Made by a program: the position numbers and the translations under genes
Notes under the pieces: generated by a model
Databases searched by the model: none
Told to the model about the DNA's origin: nothing
What the model saw: only the letters and a program-made list of their open reading frames with translations
NCBI RefSeq assembly: GCF_058153355.1
Contig: NZ_CM177019.1
Reading direction: 5' to 3' (one strand)
Length of the DNA: 64,000 bases
In this document: positions 29,370-41,045 of the stretch, in pieces
How the letters are laid out: every line of letters starts with the position of its first letter
Numbering within the stretch: the first letter of the stretch is position 1

Positions 29370-30495
29370 TCCGATCCTGTCCTGGCGTCGCGTGCGGGCG
29401 CTGTGCGTCAAAGAGACGCGGCAGATCGTTCGCGATCCGAGTAGCTGGCTGATTGCAGTGGTGATCCCACTGTTGCTGCTGTTTATATTTGGCTACGGCA
29501 TTAACCTCGACTCCAGCAAGCTGCGGGTCGGGATTTTGCTGGAACAGCGTAGCGAAGCGGCGCTGGATTTCACCCATACCATGACCGGTTCGCCCTACAT
29601 CGACGCCACCATCAGCGATAACCGTCAGGAATTGATCGCCAAAATGCAGGCGGGAAAAATTCGTGGCCTGGTGGTGATTCCGGTGGATTTCGCCGAACAG
29701 ATGGAGCGCGCCAACGCTACCGCGCCGATTCAGGTGATCACCGACGGCAGTGAGCCGAATACCGCTAACTTTGTGCAAGGTTATGTCGAAGGGATCTGGC
29801 AGATCTGGCAAATGCAGCGGGCAGAGGACAACGGGCAGACTTTTGAACCACTTATCGACGTCCAGACTCGCTACTGGTTTAACCCGGCGGCGATTAGCCA
29901 GCACTTTATCATCCCCGGTGCGGTAACCATCATCATGACGGTTATCGGCGCGATCCTCACCTCGCTGGTGGTGGCGCGAGAATGGGAACGCGGCACCATG
30001 GAGGCGTTACTCTCAACGGAGATAACCCGCACGGAACTGTTGCTGTGTAAGCTGATCCCTTATTACTTCCTTGGGATGCTGGCGATGTTGCTGTGTATGC
30101 TGGTGTCAGTGTTTATTCTCGGCGTGCCCTATCGCGGTTCGCTGCTGATTCTGTTTTTTATCTCCAGCCTGTTTTTGCTCAGTACTCTGGGAATGGGACT
30201 GCTGATTTCCACAATTACCCGCAACCAGTTCAATGCCGCTCAGGTCGCCCTGAACGCGGCGTTTCTGCCGTCAATTATGCTTTCCGGCTTTATTTTTCAG
30301 ATAGACAGTATGCCCGCGGTGATCCGCGCGGTGACGTACATTATTCCCGCACGTTATTTCGTCAGCACCCTGCAAAGCCTGTTCCTCGCCGGGAATATTC
30401 CGGTGGTGCTGGTGGTGAACGTGCTGTTTTTGATCGCTTCGGCGGTGATGTTTATCGGCCTGACGTGGCTGAAAACCAAACGTCGGCTGGATTAG
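29362..30495 (+). CDS. ybhS: ABC-2 family transporter permease YbhS
   Basis: 377-aa multi-TM ABC-2 permease, translationally coupled to ybhF. Confidence 0.9.
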
Positions 30496-30505
30496 GGAGA
30501 AGAGC

Positions 30506-31612
30506 ATGTTTCATCGCTTATGGACGTTAATCCGCAAAGAGTTGCAGTCGTTGCTGCGTGAACCGCAAACCCGCGCGATTCTGATTTTACCTGTGCTTAT
30601 TCAGGTGATTCTGTTCCCGTTCGCCGCCACGCTGGAAGTGACTAACGCCACCATCGCCATCTACGATGAAGATAACGGCGAGCATTCGGTGGAGCTGACC
30701 CAACGTTTTGCCCGCGCCAGCGCCTTTACCCATGTGCTGCTACTGAAAAGCCCACAGGAGATCCGCCCAACCATCGACACGCAAAAGGCGTTATTGTTGG
30801 TGCGTTTCCCGGCTGATTTCTCACGCAAACTGGATACCTTCCAGACCGCGCCATTGCAGTTGATCCTCGACGGACGCAACTCCAACAGTGCGCAAATTGC
30901 CGCCAACTACCTGCAACAGATTGTCAAAAATTATCAGCAGGAGCTGCTGGAAGGAAAACCGAAACCCAACAACAGCGAGCTGGTGGTACGCAACTGGTAT
31001 AACCCGAATCTCGACTACAAATGGTTTGTGGTGCCATCGCTGATCGCCATGATCACCACTATCGGCGTAATGATCGTCACGTCACTTTCCGTCGCCCGCG
31101 AACGTGAACAGGGTACGCTCGATCAGTTACTGGTTTCTCCCCTCACCACCTGGCAGATATTTATCGGCAAAGCCGTACCTGCGTTAATTGTCGCCACGTT
31201 TCAGGCAACCATTGTGCTGGCGATTGGTATCTGGGCGTATCAAATCCCCTTCGCCGGATCGCTGGCGCTGTTCTACTTTACGATGGTGATTTACGGTTTA
31301 TCGCTGGTGGGATTCGGTCTGTTGATTTCGTCACTCTGTTCAACGCAACAGCAGGCGTTTATCGGCGTGTTTGTCTTTATGATGCCCGCCATTCTCCTTT
31401 CCGGTTACGTTTCGCCAGTGGAGAACATGCCAGTGTGGCTGCAAAACCTGACGTGGATTAACCCTATCCGCCACTTTACGGACATTACCAAGCAGATTTA
31501 TTTGAAGGATGCGAGTCTGGATATTGTGTGGAATAGTTTGTGGCCGCTACTGGTGATAACGGCCACGACAGGGTCAGCGGCGTACGCGATGTTTAGACGT
31601 AAGGTGATGTAA
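30506..31612 (+). CDS. ybhR: ABC-2 family transporter permease YbhR
   Basis: 368-aa paralogue of YbhS immediately downstream. Confidence 0.9.
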
Positions 31613-31984
31613 CTTCTTATCTTTCGCCAGTAAAGACACTACTGCCGGGCCAGCAAGGATCGCCAGCCCTGCAATCGCCAGCAAAAAGTTGTTTTCCAGT
31701 ACGCGGGACAACAGCCACAGCACAATCAGCGCTGCGCCAAAATACCAGGTTGTGGTCAGTTCTTCCAGCACATCTGCCACCTCACGCCAGCGTTGCTCGG
31801 GGTGGCGCTGAAACACCAGCATCATCACTACCGTGACACAATACAGTGCGCATAATCCCACGCCGACGTGAACCAGAGTCTTACTCATCCAGCCCACCAC
31901 CAGCAGCGCCACTACCAGTAAATGCAACATAATCTGCCAGCAACTTAGACCCGTTGCGACACGAACACGTTGTTGCCACTTCAT
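31574..31984 (-). CDS. ybhQ: inner membrane protein YbhQ
   Basis: 136-aa 4-TM protein convergent with ybhR, with a 39-nt 3' overlap. Confidence 0.8.
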
Positions 31985-32116
31985 GGCTTCTCTCCTGAAG
32001 AATTTATCTCTACTTACTCAGAGTACCGAACTTTACGGAAAATTCCGTAAGACCGCACCTTTTTGTGACGCCGACTACACTATTTCAATGAGATAAGAGG
32101 CAAAGACAGGAAAATT

Positions 32117-32878
32117 ATGCCCGATCAAACACAACAATTTTCGTTCAAGGTGCTCACCATCAACATTCACAAAGGCTTTACCGCGTTTAACCGACGCTTC
32201 ATTTTGCCGGAACTTCGCGACGCCGTGCGTACCGTCAGCGCCGATATTGTTTGCCTGCAGGAAGTGATGGGCGCGCACGAAGTTCATCCGCTGCATGTGG
32301 AAAACTGGCCCGATACCTCGCACTACGAGTTTCTCGCCGACACCATGTGGAGCGATTTCGCCTACGGTCGCAATGCCGTATACCCGGAAGGGCATCACGG
32401 CAACGCGGTTCTTTCACGTTATCCCATTGAACATTATGAGAATCGCGATGTTTCGGTCGATGGTGCGGAAAAGCGCGGCGTGCTCTACTGCCGCATTGTG
32501 CCGCCGATGACCGGGAAAGCGATTCATGTGATGTGCGTACATCTGGGCCTGCGTGAGGCGCACCGTCAGGCGCAGCTTGCGATGCTCGCCGAATGGGTCA
32601 ATGAGCTGCCGGACGGCGAACCGGTATTAGTGGCGGGTGATTTCAACGACTGGCGGCAAAAAGCTAATCATCCGTTAAAAATGCAGGCCGGGCTGGATGA
32701 GATATTTACCCGCGCCCACGGACGCCCGGCGCGCACGTTTCCGGTGCAATTTCCTCTACTACGTCTGGACAGGATCTATGTCAAAAATGCCAGCGCCAGC
32801 GCGCCAACCGCGTTGCCGCTGCGGACATGGCGACACCTTTCTGATCATGCCCCTTTAAGTGCGGAGATTCATTTATGA
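32117..32878 (+). CDS. ybhP: endonuclease/exonuclease/phosphatase family protein YbhP
   Basis: 253-aa EEP-fold ORF, translationally coupled to clsB. Confidence 0.85.
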   Translation: MPDQTQQFSFKVLTINIHKGFTAFNRRFILPELRDAVRTVSADIVCLQEVMGAHEVHPLHVENWPDTSHYEFLADTMWSDFAYGRNAVYPEGHHGNAVLSRYPIEHYENRDVSVDGAEKRGVLYCRIVPPMTGKAIHVMCVHLGLREAHRQAQLAMLAEWVNELPDGEPVLVAGDFNDWRQKANHPLKMQAGLDEIFTRAHGRPARTFPVQFPLLRLDRIYVKNASASAPTALPLRTWRHLSDHAPLSAEIHL

Positions 32879-34116
32879 AATGTAGCTGGCGCGAAGGCAA
32901 TAAGATCCAGTTGCTGGAAAACGGCGAGCAATATTATCCCGCGGTGTTTAAGGCGATTGGCGAGGCACAAGAACGCATCATTCTTGAAACGTTTATCTGG
33001 TTTGAGGATGACGTCGGCAAACAGCTGCATGCGGTACTACTGGCAGCAGCGCAACGCGGGGTAAAAGCGGAAGTCTTGCTGGATGGCTACGGTTCGCCGG
33101 ATCTCAGCGATGATTTTGTCAATGAACTGACGGCAGCTGGCGTGGTGTTCCGCTACTACGATCCCCGCCCTCGCCTTTTTGGTATGCGCACCAATGTGTT
33201 TCGCCGGATGCATCGCAAAATTGTGGTGATCGACGCACGTATCGCCTTTATTGGTGGGCTGAATTACTCCGCCGAGCATATGTCCAGCTACGGTCCAGAG
33301 GCTAAACAGGATTACGCAGTGCGCCTTGAAGGGCCGATTGTCGAAGATATTCTCCAGTTTGAACTGGAAAACCTGCCAGGACACAGCGCAGCACGACGCT
33401 GGTGGCGACGTCATCACAAAGCGGAAGAAAACCGCCAGCCGGGAGAAGCGCAGGTATTATTGGTTTGGCGCGATAACGAAGAACATCGTGATGATATCGA
33501 ACGCCACTATCTGAAAATGCTCACTCAGGCGCGTCGGGAAGTGATTATCGCCAACGCCTACTTCTTTCCTGGCTATCGATTTTTGCACGCCTTACGCAAA
33601 GCGGCACGGCGCGGGGTGCGGATCAAGCTGATCATTCAGGGCGAACCGGATATGCCCATTGTCAGAGTCGGCGCGCGTTTACTGTACAACTATCTGGTTA
33701 AAGGCGGCGTTCAGGTTTTTGAGTACCGCCGCCGCCCGCTCCACGGCAAAGTAGCATTGATGGACGATCACTGGGCGACAGTAGGGTCCAGTAATCTCGA
33801 TCCGCTCAGTTTGTCGCTAAATCTCGAAGCAAACGTCATCATTCACGATCGTCATTTTAACCAGACGCTACGCGATAATCTGAACGGCATCATCGCCGCC
33901 GACTGTCAACAAGTGGATGAATCCATGCTGCCGAAACGCACCTGGTGGAACCTGACCAAAAGCGTGCTGGCATTCCATTTTTTGCGCCACTTCCCGGCGC
34001 TAGTGGGCTGGCTTCCGGCGCACACGCCGCGTCTGGCGCAAGTTGATCCCCCCGCACAACCGACAATGGAAACTCAGGATCGGATAGAAACTGAAAATAC
34101 GGGGGTAAAACCCTGA
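32875..34116 (+). CDS. clsB: cardiolipin synthase B (phospholipase D family)
   Basis: Two HxK(x)4D motifs (HRKIVVID and HGKVALMDD). Confidence 0.9.
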   Translation: MKCSWREGNKIQLLENGEQYYPAVFKAIGEAQERIILETFIWFEDDVGKQLHAVLLAAAQRGVKAEVLLDGYGSPDLSDDFVNELTAAGVVFRYYDPRPRLFGMRTNVFRRMHRKIVVIDARIAFIGGLNYSAEHMSSYGPEAKQDYAVRLEGPIVEDILQFELENLPGHSAARRWWRRHHKAEENRQPGEAQVLLVWRDNEEHRDDIERHYLKMLTQARREVIIANAYFFPGYRFLHALRKAARRGVRIKLIIQGEPDMPIVRVGARLLYNYLVKGGVQVFEYRRRPLHGKVALMDDHWATVGSSNLDPLSLSLNLEANVIIHDRHFNQTLRDNLNGIIAADCQQVDESMLPKRTWWNLTKSVLAFHFLRHFPALVGWLPAHTPRLAQVDPPAQPTMETQDRIETENTGVKP

Positions 34117-35072
34117 TGAGTAAATCACGCCCGCGCTGGCGCTTAGCAAAGAAGATCCTCACCTGGCTGTTTTTTATCGCAGTGATTGTGTTGCTGGTGA
34201 TCTACGCCAAAAAGGTAGACTGGGAAGAGGTCTGGAAGGTTATCCGCGATTACAATCGCGTTGCGTTGCTCAGTGCGATTGGGCTGGTGGTCGTCAGCTA
34301 TCTGATATATGGCTGCTACGACCTGCTCGCCCGTTTCTACTGCGGTCACAAACTGGCGAAGCGCCAGGTGATGCTGGTGTCGTTTATCTGCTACGCCTTC
34401 AATCTGACGCTCAGTACCTGGGTCGGCGGCATTGGTATGCGCTATCGTTTGTACTCCCGGCTAGGGTTACCGGGCAGCACTATTACGCGGATTTTCTCGC
34501 TCAGTATTACCACCAACTGGCTGGGCTATATTTTGCTGGCCGGGATTATCTTTACCGCAGGCGTGGTGGAGCTGCCGGATCACTGGTATGTCGATCAAAC
34601 TACGCTGCGTATTCTCGGCATTGGCTTACTGCTGATTATCGCGGTTTATTTGTGGTTTTGCGCTTTCGCGAAGCACCGCCATATGACCATCAAAGGGCAA
34701 AAGCTGGTGCTGCCTTCATGGAAATTCGCCCTCGCCCAGATGCTGATTTCCAGCGTTAACTGGATGGTAATGGGAGCGATTATCTGGCTGTTGCTGGGTC
34801 AAAACGTGAACTATTTCTTTGTACTGGGCGTATTACTGGTAAGCAGTATTGCCGGGGTAATTGTGCATATTCCGGCGGGAATTGGTGTACTGGAAGCGGT
34901 GTTTATCGCGCTACTGGCTGGGGAGCATACCTCCAAAGGCACAATTATCGCCGCCCTGCTCGCTTACCGTGTGCTGTATTACTTTATCCCGCTGCTGCTG
35001 GCGCTGATCTGTTACCTGTTGCTGGAAAGCCAGGCGAAGAAGCTACGAGCGAAAAATGAAGCGGTAATGTGA
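34116..35072 (+). CDS. ybhN: inner membrane protein YbhN (lysylphosphatidylglycerol-synthase TM-region family)
   Basis: 318-aa multi-TM protein, translationally coupled to clsB. Confidence 0.85.
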   Translation: MSKSRPRWRLAKKILTWLFFIAVIVLLVIYAKKVDWEEVWKVIRDYNRVALLSAIGLVVVSYLIYGCYDLLARFYCGHKLAKRQVMLVSFICYAFNLTLSTWVGGIGMRYRLYSRLGLPGSTITRIFSLSITTNWLGYILLAGIIFTAGVVELPDHWYVDQTTLRILGIGLLLIIAVYLWFCAFAKHRHMTIKGQKLVLPSWKFALAQMLISSVNWMVMGAIIWLLLGQNVNYFFVLGVLLVSSIAGVIVHIPAGIGVLEAVFIALLAGEHTSKGTIIAALLAYRVLYYFIPLLLALICYLLLESQAKKLRAKNEAVM

Positions 35073-35075
35073 AGT

Positions 35076-35339
35076 TCAGTTAAGTTCTTTTGGTTTAAGT
35101 TCGGGATGCTGTTTATAGATGGGGTTCATGATATCGATTAACATGCGCCCCATAATTTCCCCGACGGCGGAACGATAAATATTAAGCTCAGATTCATCGC
35201 AAGCTTGCTGAACATATAATACTGACGCATCTAATTGAGCACCAATATTGAGCATTAATGCGCTGATATCTGCTGCCAGAGTCTTATCTTTGAACATTTT
35301 ATAAACCTTTTCAATTTCTAAACATAAAAGATACTGCAT
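35076..35339 (-). CDS. hypothetical 87-aa protein, overlapping the 122-aa ORF by 29 nt (possibly one frameshifted gene)
   Basis: ORF in the same AT-rich insert; its start overlaps the end of the upstream ORF in a different frame. Confidence 0.35.
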   Translation of the reverse strand: MQYLLCLEIEKVYKMFKDKTLAADISALMLNIGAQLDASVLYVQQACDESELNIYRSAVGEIMGRMLIDIMNPIYKQHPELKPKELN

Positions 35340-35679
35340 GTTCCATTTTATTACCTACGGGATAATTATCTTTTATTGCATATGTAAAATCACTTGTTTT
35401 GGTTATTAAGTTTTTTATAGCATCATCAAGATACTCAGGAACTAATGATTCAATATTTTCAAGATCACAACCAAGATCAATTATCTCTATTAGCTCTTTA
35501 TCACAATCATTTTTGTGTAAAAGCCTGGAAATAAAAGGTCTGAAAACTAGTAGTTCAGATTCATCTATAGTTATCGTGCCTTCTTTCAAGGAATGTAACA
35601 CTCCTGAAAGCAGTATAGCCATAAATTTATCCATATATTTATTATCGATGGTACAAACTAACTGCATGATATTCTCCAC
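35311..35679 (-). CDS. hypothetical acidic 122-aa protein in an AT-rich insert
   Basis: ORF inside a ~0.65-kb AT-rich segment between ybhN and ybhM; no recognisable domain. Confidence 0.4.
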   Translation of the reverse strand: MENIMQLVCTIDNKYMDKFMAILLSGVLHSLKEGTITIDESELLVFRPFISRLLHKNDCDKELIEIIDLGCDLENIESLVPEYLDDAIKNLITKTSDFTYAIKDNYPVGNKMEHAVSFMFRN

Positions 35680-35725
35680 TATTGTATTTCAGATACTACA
35701 TTTCTAAACGTAAGTCGAAAGTGCG

Positions 35726-36439
35726 TTAAATATGAAACCGCGTATGCCTTTGCCAGACAAGCGTTATCGCTATTGCTGCAAGAATCCCAAAGAAGCTGAT
35801 AAAATAGTAATAGAGTGTTAATGCACCTGTAACAGCGCAACGAACCGGACTCCACAACTCTTCGCTATGGCATTTTCCTGCCAGTTCAAGGAGCTTATTT
35901 CGTCCATGCGAGATAATGCCTGACCATAAGACAATCATTAAGCAACTTATTACCCAAACAGGCCGTTCACTCATTAATGCGGTATTTACGCTGATCACCA
36001 GAGTCAACCCTGTCAACGTCATCATAATGATGAAACGGTGAGAACCAGGATCAACATTAAATAATAAACCGGCCTGCATACTGATTAAAAACATCGCGCC
36101 CGCAGTGCTGAACACAAGGATAATGGCAGATACAGGAACTAAACTAGCAACGACAATCGCCACCAAAGAGATTAAAAACAGATACATTACGCCTGCGATG
36201 GCGGCATTTATCTTGTTGATATCCTTACTTAAACCATACATACAAAGTAATAATAATCCTATGGCGACATACATTTGCGGTGAATCATATTTTGTTGCCG
36301 TAATTTCGAGATGCTTAGCTCCCCAGGCCAGTCCTGCGGTTGCCACCAAACCGACAGCGGTAATGAGCCATATGCCGTTTAATATCCTGGCCTCGTACTG
36401 AAAATCATTAGTTATGTTTTTTGATGAGTACGATTTCAT
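35726..36439 (-). CDS. ybhM: BAX inhibitor-1 (BI-1/YccA) family inner membrane protein, 237 aa
   Basis: 7-TM protein; its length matches my recollection of K-12 YbhM. Assignment relative to the adjacent paralogue is uncertain. Confidence 0.6.
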   Translation of the reverse strand: MKSYSSKNITNDFQYEARILNGIWLITAVGLVATAGLAWGAKHLEITATKYDSPQMYVAIGLLLLCMYGLSKDINKINAAIAGVMYLFLISLVAIVVASLVPVSAIILVFSTAGAMFLISMQAGLLFNVDPGSHRFIIMMTLTGLTLVISVNTALMSERPVWVISCLMIVLWSGIISHGRNKLLELAGKCHSEELWSPVRCAVTGALTLYYYFISFFGILAAIAITLVWQRHTRFHI

Positions 36440-36507
36440 TATTTTTATATCCTTAAGTTGAATATCAATATCTATTGCAATTAACGCAAAAAACTCATCA
36501 ATTCACG

Positions 36508-37248
36508 CTACCACACTAAACCATTAATAAAGTCAAGAACCGTTACAGCAAGTCTAAAAAGGACGCTTAGGATACAGAAATAGAGTGTTATTGCCCCTGC
36601 AACAATACAGCGAAGAACACCTGAAAATTCAGAGTTGTCGGCAACACGGATCAAATCTTCCAGTGTTGTTGCTTCACAGGCAGCCGTAACGCCCCAGATA
36701 ACGACAGTCAAAATACTCGCTAACCATACGGAAAAACTGCTGGTAAGAATCAGGTTAACAACAAAAGCAATACTCAAACCACAGAAGATATATAAACATA
36801 ACTGTCTAACTGGTGGGATAGCCCTATTAATACAACAGCAAATCAGCGCCATTGTGGCAAACATCCCTCCCGTAATTCCCATTACCGTCACTATGCTTGA
36901 AAAGGTAAAAAGTCTGGAGAAGAGAAAGCCATTAAGTAGGATTATTAGCAGATAGACCAGACATGCGCCTGATACCTCGAGCCTTTTCAGGGCATCGTTT
37001 AACCAGAAACCAATTATTATCAGCGCAGATAAAGCGAAGACAAACGCGCCTGGAGATTCTAGTGAAGCAACCCAATGCAAGTGCTGAAATATCCAGGCAC
37101 AGCCTGCCGTAGCCCATACTCCAGCAGCTGTTAACCACCAAATGAGGAACAGCATTTTGCTGAGCGAAGCGCTTTTTTGCTGTAATTGAGTAGCAGTGGA
37201 TCGTCTGTTCAAATGCGTTATCTGCCCCTGAAATTGCGTAGTGGACAT
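36508..37248 (-). CDS. second BI-1-family inner membrane protein (246 aa), divergent tandem paralogue
   Basis: 7-TM protein with conserved blocks shared with the 237-aa ORF (e.g. LxxIWxLTAxGxxATAGxAW) but well below half identity by eye. Confidence 0.55.
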   Translation of the reverse strand: MSTTQFQGQITHLNRRSTATQLQQKSASLSKMLFLIWWLTAAGVWATAGCAWIFQHLHWVASLESPGAFVFALSALIIIGFWLNDALKRLEVSGACLVYLLIILLNGFLFSRLFTFSSIVTVMGITGGMFATMALICCCINRAIPPVRQLCLYIFCGLSIAFVVNLILTSSFSVWLASILTVVIWGVTAACEATTLEDLIRVADNSEFSGVLRCIVAGAITLYFCILSVLFRLAVTVLDFINGLVW

Positions 37249-37321
37249 AGTCTGGCATTTGCGGCGATTCAGTTCTCATGTAAATGAGCGGAATAGTCTT
37301 TATAAAATCCGAAAAAAAATC

Positions 37322-37352
37322 CCGACACATGGCCGGGATATTGATGGTGAAA
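37322..37352 (-). terminator. ybhL rho-independent terminator
   Basis: On the minus strand, hairpin CCCGGCCATGTGTCGGG followed by ATTTTTTTT directly after the ybhL stop. Confidence 0.6.
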
Positions 37353-37357
37353 AAGAA

Positions 37358-38062
37358 TTAACGGCGGTTGCCGAAGATCCTCAACAACATCAGGAACAGG
37401 TTGATGAAGTCCAGATATAAGGTTAACGCGCCAAGAATGGAATATTTGCGCAGGTTTGACGTGTCGCGGGTATCAATCTGCTCACCCATATTTTTCAATT
37501 TCTGAGTGTCATATGCCGTCAATCCGACAAAGACAATCACGCCGATGTAGGTGACTGCCCACATCAATGCTTCGCTTTTCAGCCAGAAGTTGACCAGCGA
37601 TGCCAGCACAATGCCGATTAACGCCATAAACAGCATATTGCCAAAGCCGCTTAGATCACGTTTGGTGGTGTAACCGTACAGGCTCATTGCGCCGAACATC
37701 CCGGCAGTAACGACGAAAGTACTGGCAATCGAGGCGGCGGTATAGACAATGAAAATACTGGAAAGCGTAAGACCCGTCAGCGCCGAATAAAGCATAAAGA
37801 GCATCGTCGTTACACCTGCGCTCAACTTTTGAATCATCGCTGATAACACAATAACCAATGCTAATTGCGCGATGATCAGACCGATTAAAAAGACACGGTT
37901 AGTGAACAACAGCTCCATCACGGCCGCGGAATTAGCCGCATACCAGGCAACAAATGCTGTCAGCAACAAGCCAACGGTCATCCAGCCATAGACTTGCGCC
38001 ATATAAGTTTGCAAGCCAGCCCGGGGTTGTACAATTGAATCAGAACGTGGGAATCTGTCCAT
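37358..38062 (-). CDS. ybhL: BI-1-family inner membrane protein YbhL
   Basis: 234-aa 7-TM protein MDRFPRSDSIVQPRAGLQTYMAQVYGWM... in the conserved position next to moaE. Confidence 0.9.
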   Translation of the reverse strand: MDRFPRSDSIVQPRAGLQTYMAQVYGWMTVGLLLTAFVAWYAANSAAVMELLFTNRVFLIGLIIAQLALVIVLSAMIQKLSAGVTTMLFMLYSALTGLTLSSIFIVYTAASIASTFVVTAGMFGAMSLYGYTTKRDLSGFGNMLFMALIGIVLASLVNFWLKSEALMWAVTYIGVIVFVGLTAYDTQKLKNMGEQIDTRDTSNLRKYSILGALTLYLDFINLFLMLLRIFGNRR

Positions 38063-38197
38063 GACGATCTCCTGAAGATATAAGGAATATCTTAAGGATA
38101 CTGCAAATGATGAGGCTGTGCATCGACGCAGCGTAAACGCATATACTGAGCGGTGAAATTGCCGGACGCAGCGGTGCCTTATCCGGCTAACAAAAAA

Positions 38198-38650
38198 CTA
38201 CCAGCGTTTTGCTGCCTGCTGATCGCTCTCCCGGGCTTCAACCCAGCGGTCGCCTTCCGGCGTGGCTTCGCGCTTCCAGAACGGTGCGCGGGTTTTGAGA
38301 TAGTCCATAATAAACTGCCCGGCTTCAAACGCACTGCTGCGATGCGCACTGGTGACACCGACAAAAACGATTTCATCGCCCGGCCATAATTCCCCGATGC
38401 GGTGAATCACAGTGACGCGCCCCAGCGGCCAGCGGTTACGCGCTTCATCGACAATTTCTGCCAGTGCTTTTTCAGTCATCCCCGGATAGTGTTCGAGGGT
38501 TAATGCTTTGACGCTGTCGCCCAGGTTATGGTTGCGCACCTTACCGGTAAAGGTGACTACCGCACCGTCTTCGTCACGCTCAGCCAGCCACGGGTACTCT
38601 TCTCCTACACTGAACGGCTGCGGGCCGACAACAATTTTGGTTTCTGCCAT
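38198..38650 (-). CDS. moaE: molybdopterin synthase catalytic subunit MoaE
   Basis: 150-aa ORF, last gene of the moaABCDE operon. Confidence 0.95.
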   Translation of the reverse strand: MAETKIVVGPQPFSVGEEYPWLAERDEDGAVVTFTGKVRNHNLGDSVKALTLEHYPGMTEKALAEIVDEARNRWPLGRVTVIHRIGELWPGDEIVFVGVTSAHRSSAFEAGQFIMDYLKTRAPFWKREATPEGDRWVEARESDQQAAKRW

Positions 38651-38651
38651 T

Positions 38652-38897
38652 TTAACCTCCGGTCACCGGCGGGAAGAAAGCCACTTCGTCGCCGTCAGTC
38701 AGCGGATGGTCAAAACTCACCAGCGTCTGGTTGACGGCAGCCAGCAATTTGCCATCTTCCAGCGCCAGCGCCCAGCGATCGCTCTGCGCAGCCAGATGTT
38801 GGCGTAACGCTTCAACGGTTGGGAAATCCGCAGCCACTTCGCTTGCATCTGTTCCCACCAACTCGCGCACCTGGGCGAAAAAAAGAACTTTAATCAT
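38652..38897 (-). CDS. moaD: molybdopterin synthase sulfur-carrier subunit MoaD (81 aa)
   Basis: [15 protein letters not shown]... ending in the conserved C-terminal GG; start set inside the 102-aa ORF. Confidence 0.9.
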   Translation of the reverse strand: MIKVLFFAQVRELVGTDASEVAADFPTVEALRQHLAAQSDRWALALEDGKLLAAVNQTLVSFDHPLTDGDEVAFFPPVTGG

Positions 38898-39375
38898 CCG
38901 CTTCCACCTTAAAGTCACCTGACTTGCCGCCGCTCTTCGCCAGCAAACGTACCGGACCAATTACCATATCTTTTTGCACCGCTTTGCACATGTCATAAAT
39001 GGTCAGCGCCGCCACCGAGGCCGCGGTTAACGCTTCCATTTCAACGCCGGTTTTCCCGGTCAGGCGGCATAAGGTTTCTATACGCACCCGATTGTGCTCC
39101 GGCTCGGCCTGCAAATTGACTTCAACTTTACTGAGCATCAGCGGATGACAAAGCGGGATCAAATCCCATGTGCGTTTTGCTGCCTGAATACCGGCAATAC
39201 GCGCAGTGGCAAATACGTCGCCTTTGTGGTGGCGACCATCAATGATCATCGCCAGCGTCTCGCTGCGCATGGTGACAAAGGCTTCGGCGCGCGCTTCACG
39301 CACGGTTTCCGCTTTGGCGGAAACATCCACCATGTGCGCTTCGCCAGCGGCGTTGATATGAGTCAGTTGCAACAT
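38890..39375 (-). CDS. moaC: cyclic pyranopterin monophosphate synthase accessory protein MoaC
   Basis: 161-aa ORF in the operon position. Confidence 0.95.
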   Translation of the reverse strand: MLQLTHINAAGEAHMVDVSAKAETVREARAEAFVTMRSETLAMIIDGRHHKGDVFATARIAGIQAAKRTWDLIPLCHPLMLSKVEVNLQAEPEHNRVRIETLCRLTGKTGVEMEALTAASVAALTIYDMCKAVQKDMVIGPVRLLAKSGGKSGDFKVEADD

Positions 39376-39377
39376 AC

Positions 39378-39890
39378 TTATTTCTTCAAATGTGGATGGA
39401 AATTACACGGACGCGTACGGGCATCCAGCTGCGGTGCGATGATATTTTCCCAGGCGGTACGGCACGCTTTGGTCGAACCCGGCATGGCGAAAATCAGCGT
39501 TTTGTTAGCGACGCCCGCTACCGCACGAGATTGCAACGTTGAGGTGCCAATCTCTTCGAACGACAACATACGGAACACTTCACCAAAACCTTCAACTTCA
39601 CGGTCGAACAGCGGCAGCAGTGCTTCAGGTGCCTGATCGCCTTCGGTCAGACCAGTACCACCCGTAATCAACACCACTTGTACATCGTCGCTGGCGATCC
39701 ACGCAGATACCTGAGCGCGAATGGCATAGCGGTTTTCTTTCACAATGGCTTTATCGACAACGTGATGGCCCGCGTCCTGCGCCGAGTCGCGCAGATAGTG
39801 ACCGGAGGTATCGTCTTCTTCACCGCGACGATTAGAAACCGTAAGAATAGCAATACGGGTCGGGATAAATTCAGTGCTTACCTGACTCAT
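39378..39890 (-). CDS. moaB: molybdenum cofactor biosynthesis protein MoaB
   Basis: 170-aa MogA/MoaB-fold ORF. Confidence 0.95.
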   Translation of the reverse strand: MSQVSTEFIPTRIAILTVSNRRGEEDDTSGHYLRDSAQDAGHHVVDKAIVKENRYAIRAQVSAWIASDDVQVVLITGGTGLTEGDQAPEALLPLFDREVEGFGEVFRMLSFEEIGTSTLQSRAVAGVANKTLIFAMPGSTKACRTAWENIIAPQLDARTRPCNFHPHLKK

Positions 39891-39911
39891 CTGATCTCTC
39901 CTTTTGACGTT

Positions 39912-40901
39912 TTAGCCGCCAATGTACGATAAGTTTTGCGTAATACCGGTGTTGTTTTGATGCAGGAAATGGGTCTGTTTCTTCTCCCGCAGCGCCGCTG
40001 AAATACGCGCTTCCAGCGCCTGTTGCTGGGTATCGTCTTCCAGCAGATCGCGCAGGTTAACGCCGCCTTCACCGAACAGGCAGAGATGGAGTTTACCAAT
40101 GGAGGAGACGCGCAGGCGGTTGCAAGTGGCGCAGAAGTCTTTTTCATACGGCATGATAAGGCCAATCTCTCCGGCGTAATCCGGATGACAAAAGACTTGC
40201 GCGGGACCGTCGCTGCGTTGACGTAATTGGTGGATCCAGCCGCGACGCAGTAACTCGTCACGCAGAACCTGACCAGAGATGTGATGCTTACGGAAGAGCT
40301 CGCTGCCCTCGCCCGTTTCCATCAGTTCGATGAAACGCAGCTGGATGGGGCGATGCTGGATCCAGTTCAGAAAGGTGTCGAGTTGGTGATGATTAACATC
40401 ACGCATCAGCACGGTATTGACTTTGACCTTCTCAAAACCGGCCTCAAATGCAGCATCGATCCCTGCCATGACCTGATTGAATTTATCCTGTCCGGTAATA
40501 GCATGAAACTGGCGAGCGTCGAGGCTATCGACACTCACGTTGATACCAGTAAGACCAGCATCACGCCAGTTCGCTACATCTCGTTCCAGACGGTAACCAT
40601 TGGTGGTGACCGCAATCTGGCGGATAGCGTCGTTTTCTCGCACAGCGGCGATGATATCGGTAAAGTCGCGACGCAAAGACGGCTCTCCGCCCGTCAGACG
40701 GACTTTTTCGGTGCCCAGACTGGCGAAGGCGCGCGTAACCCGGCGAATTTCATCGACGGTCAGAAAGCCTTTATTGGTGACGCCGCTCGGTTTGTAGCCA
40801 TCCGGCAGGCAGTAGGTGCAACGGAAGTTGCACACATCGGTAATCGACAGGCGCAAGTAGTAAAACTTACGCGCAAATGCATCAGTCAGTTGTGAAGCCA
40901 T
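39912..40901 (-). CDS. moaA: GTP 3',8-cyclase MoaA (radical SAM), 329 aa
   Basis: CNFRCTYC radical-SAM motif near the N-terminus; start set at [22 protein letters not shown] inside the 356-aa ORF. Confidence 0.95.
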
Positions 40902-41045
40902 GTACACCTTTCCAGATACGGGAGGCGAAATCATTTCTTCCTTCGCCCTGGTGGCAATCTTTGTAAGCATTGTCACGGCCAAAGCACCGTATCAGTTGAC
41001 CCAGGTGCAGAGGCTAGAGTGTTTAGTGGTTAAGCCGATACTAGC
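40902..41045 (-). promoter_or_regulatory. moaA 5' leader; expected position of the molybdenum-cofactor (Moco) riboswitch
   Basis: Established knowledge that the E. coli moaABCDE leader carries a Moco riboswitch; the structure was not verified here. Confidence 0.45.
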
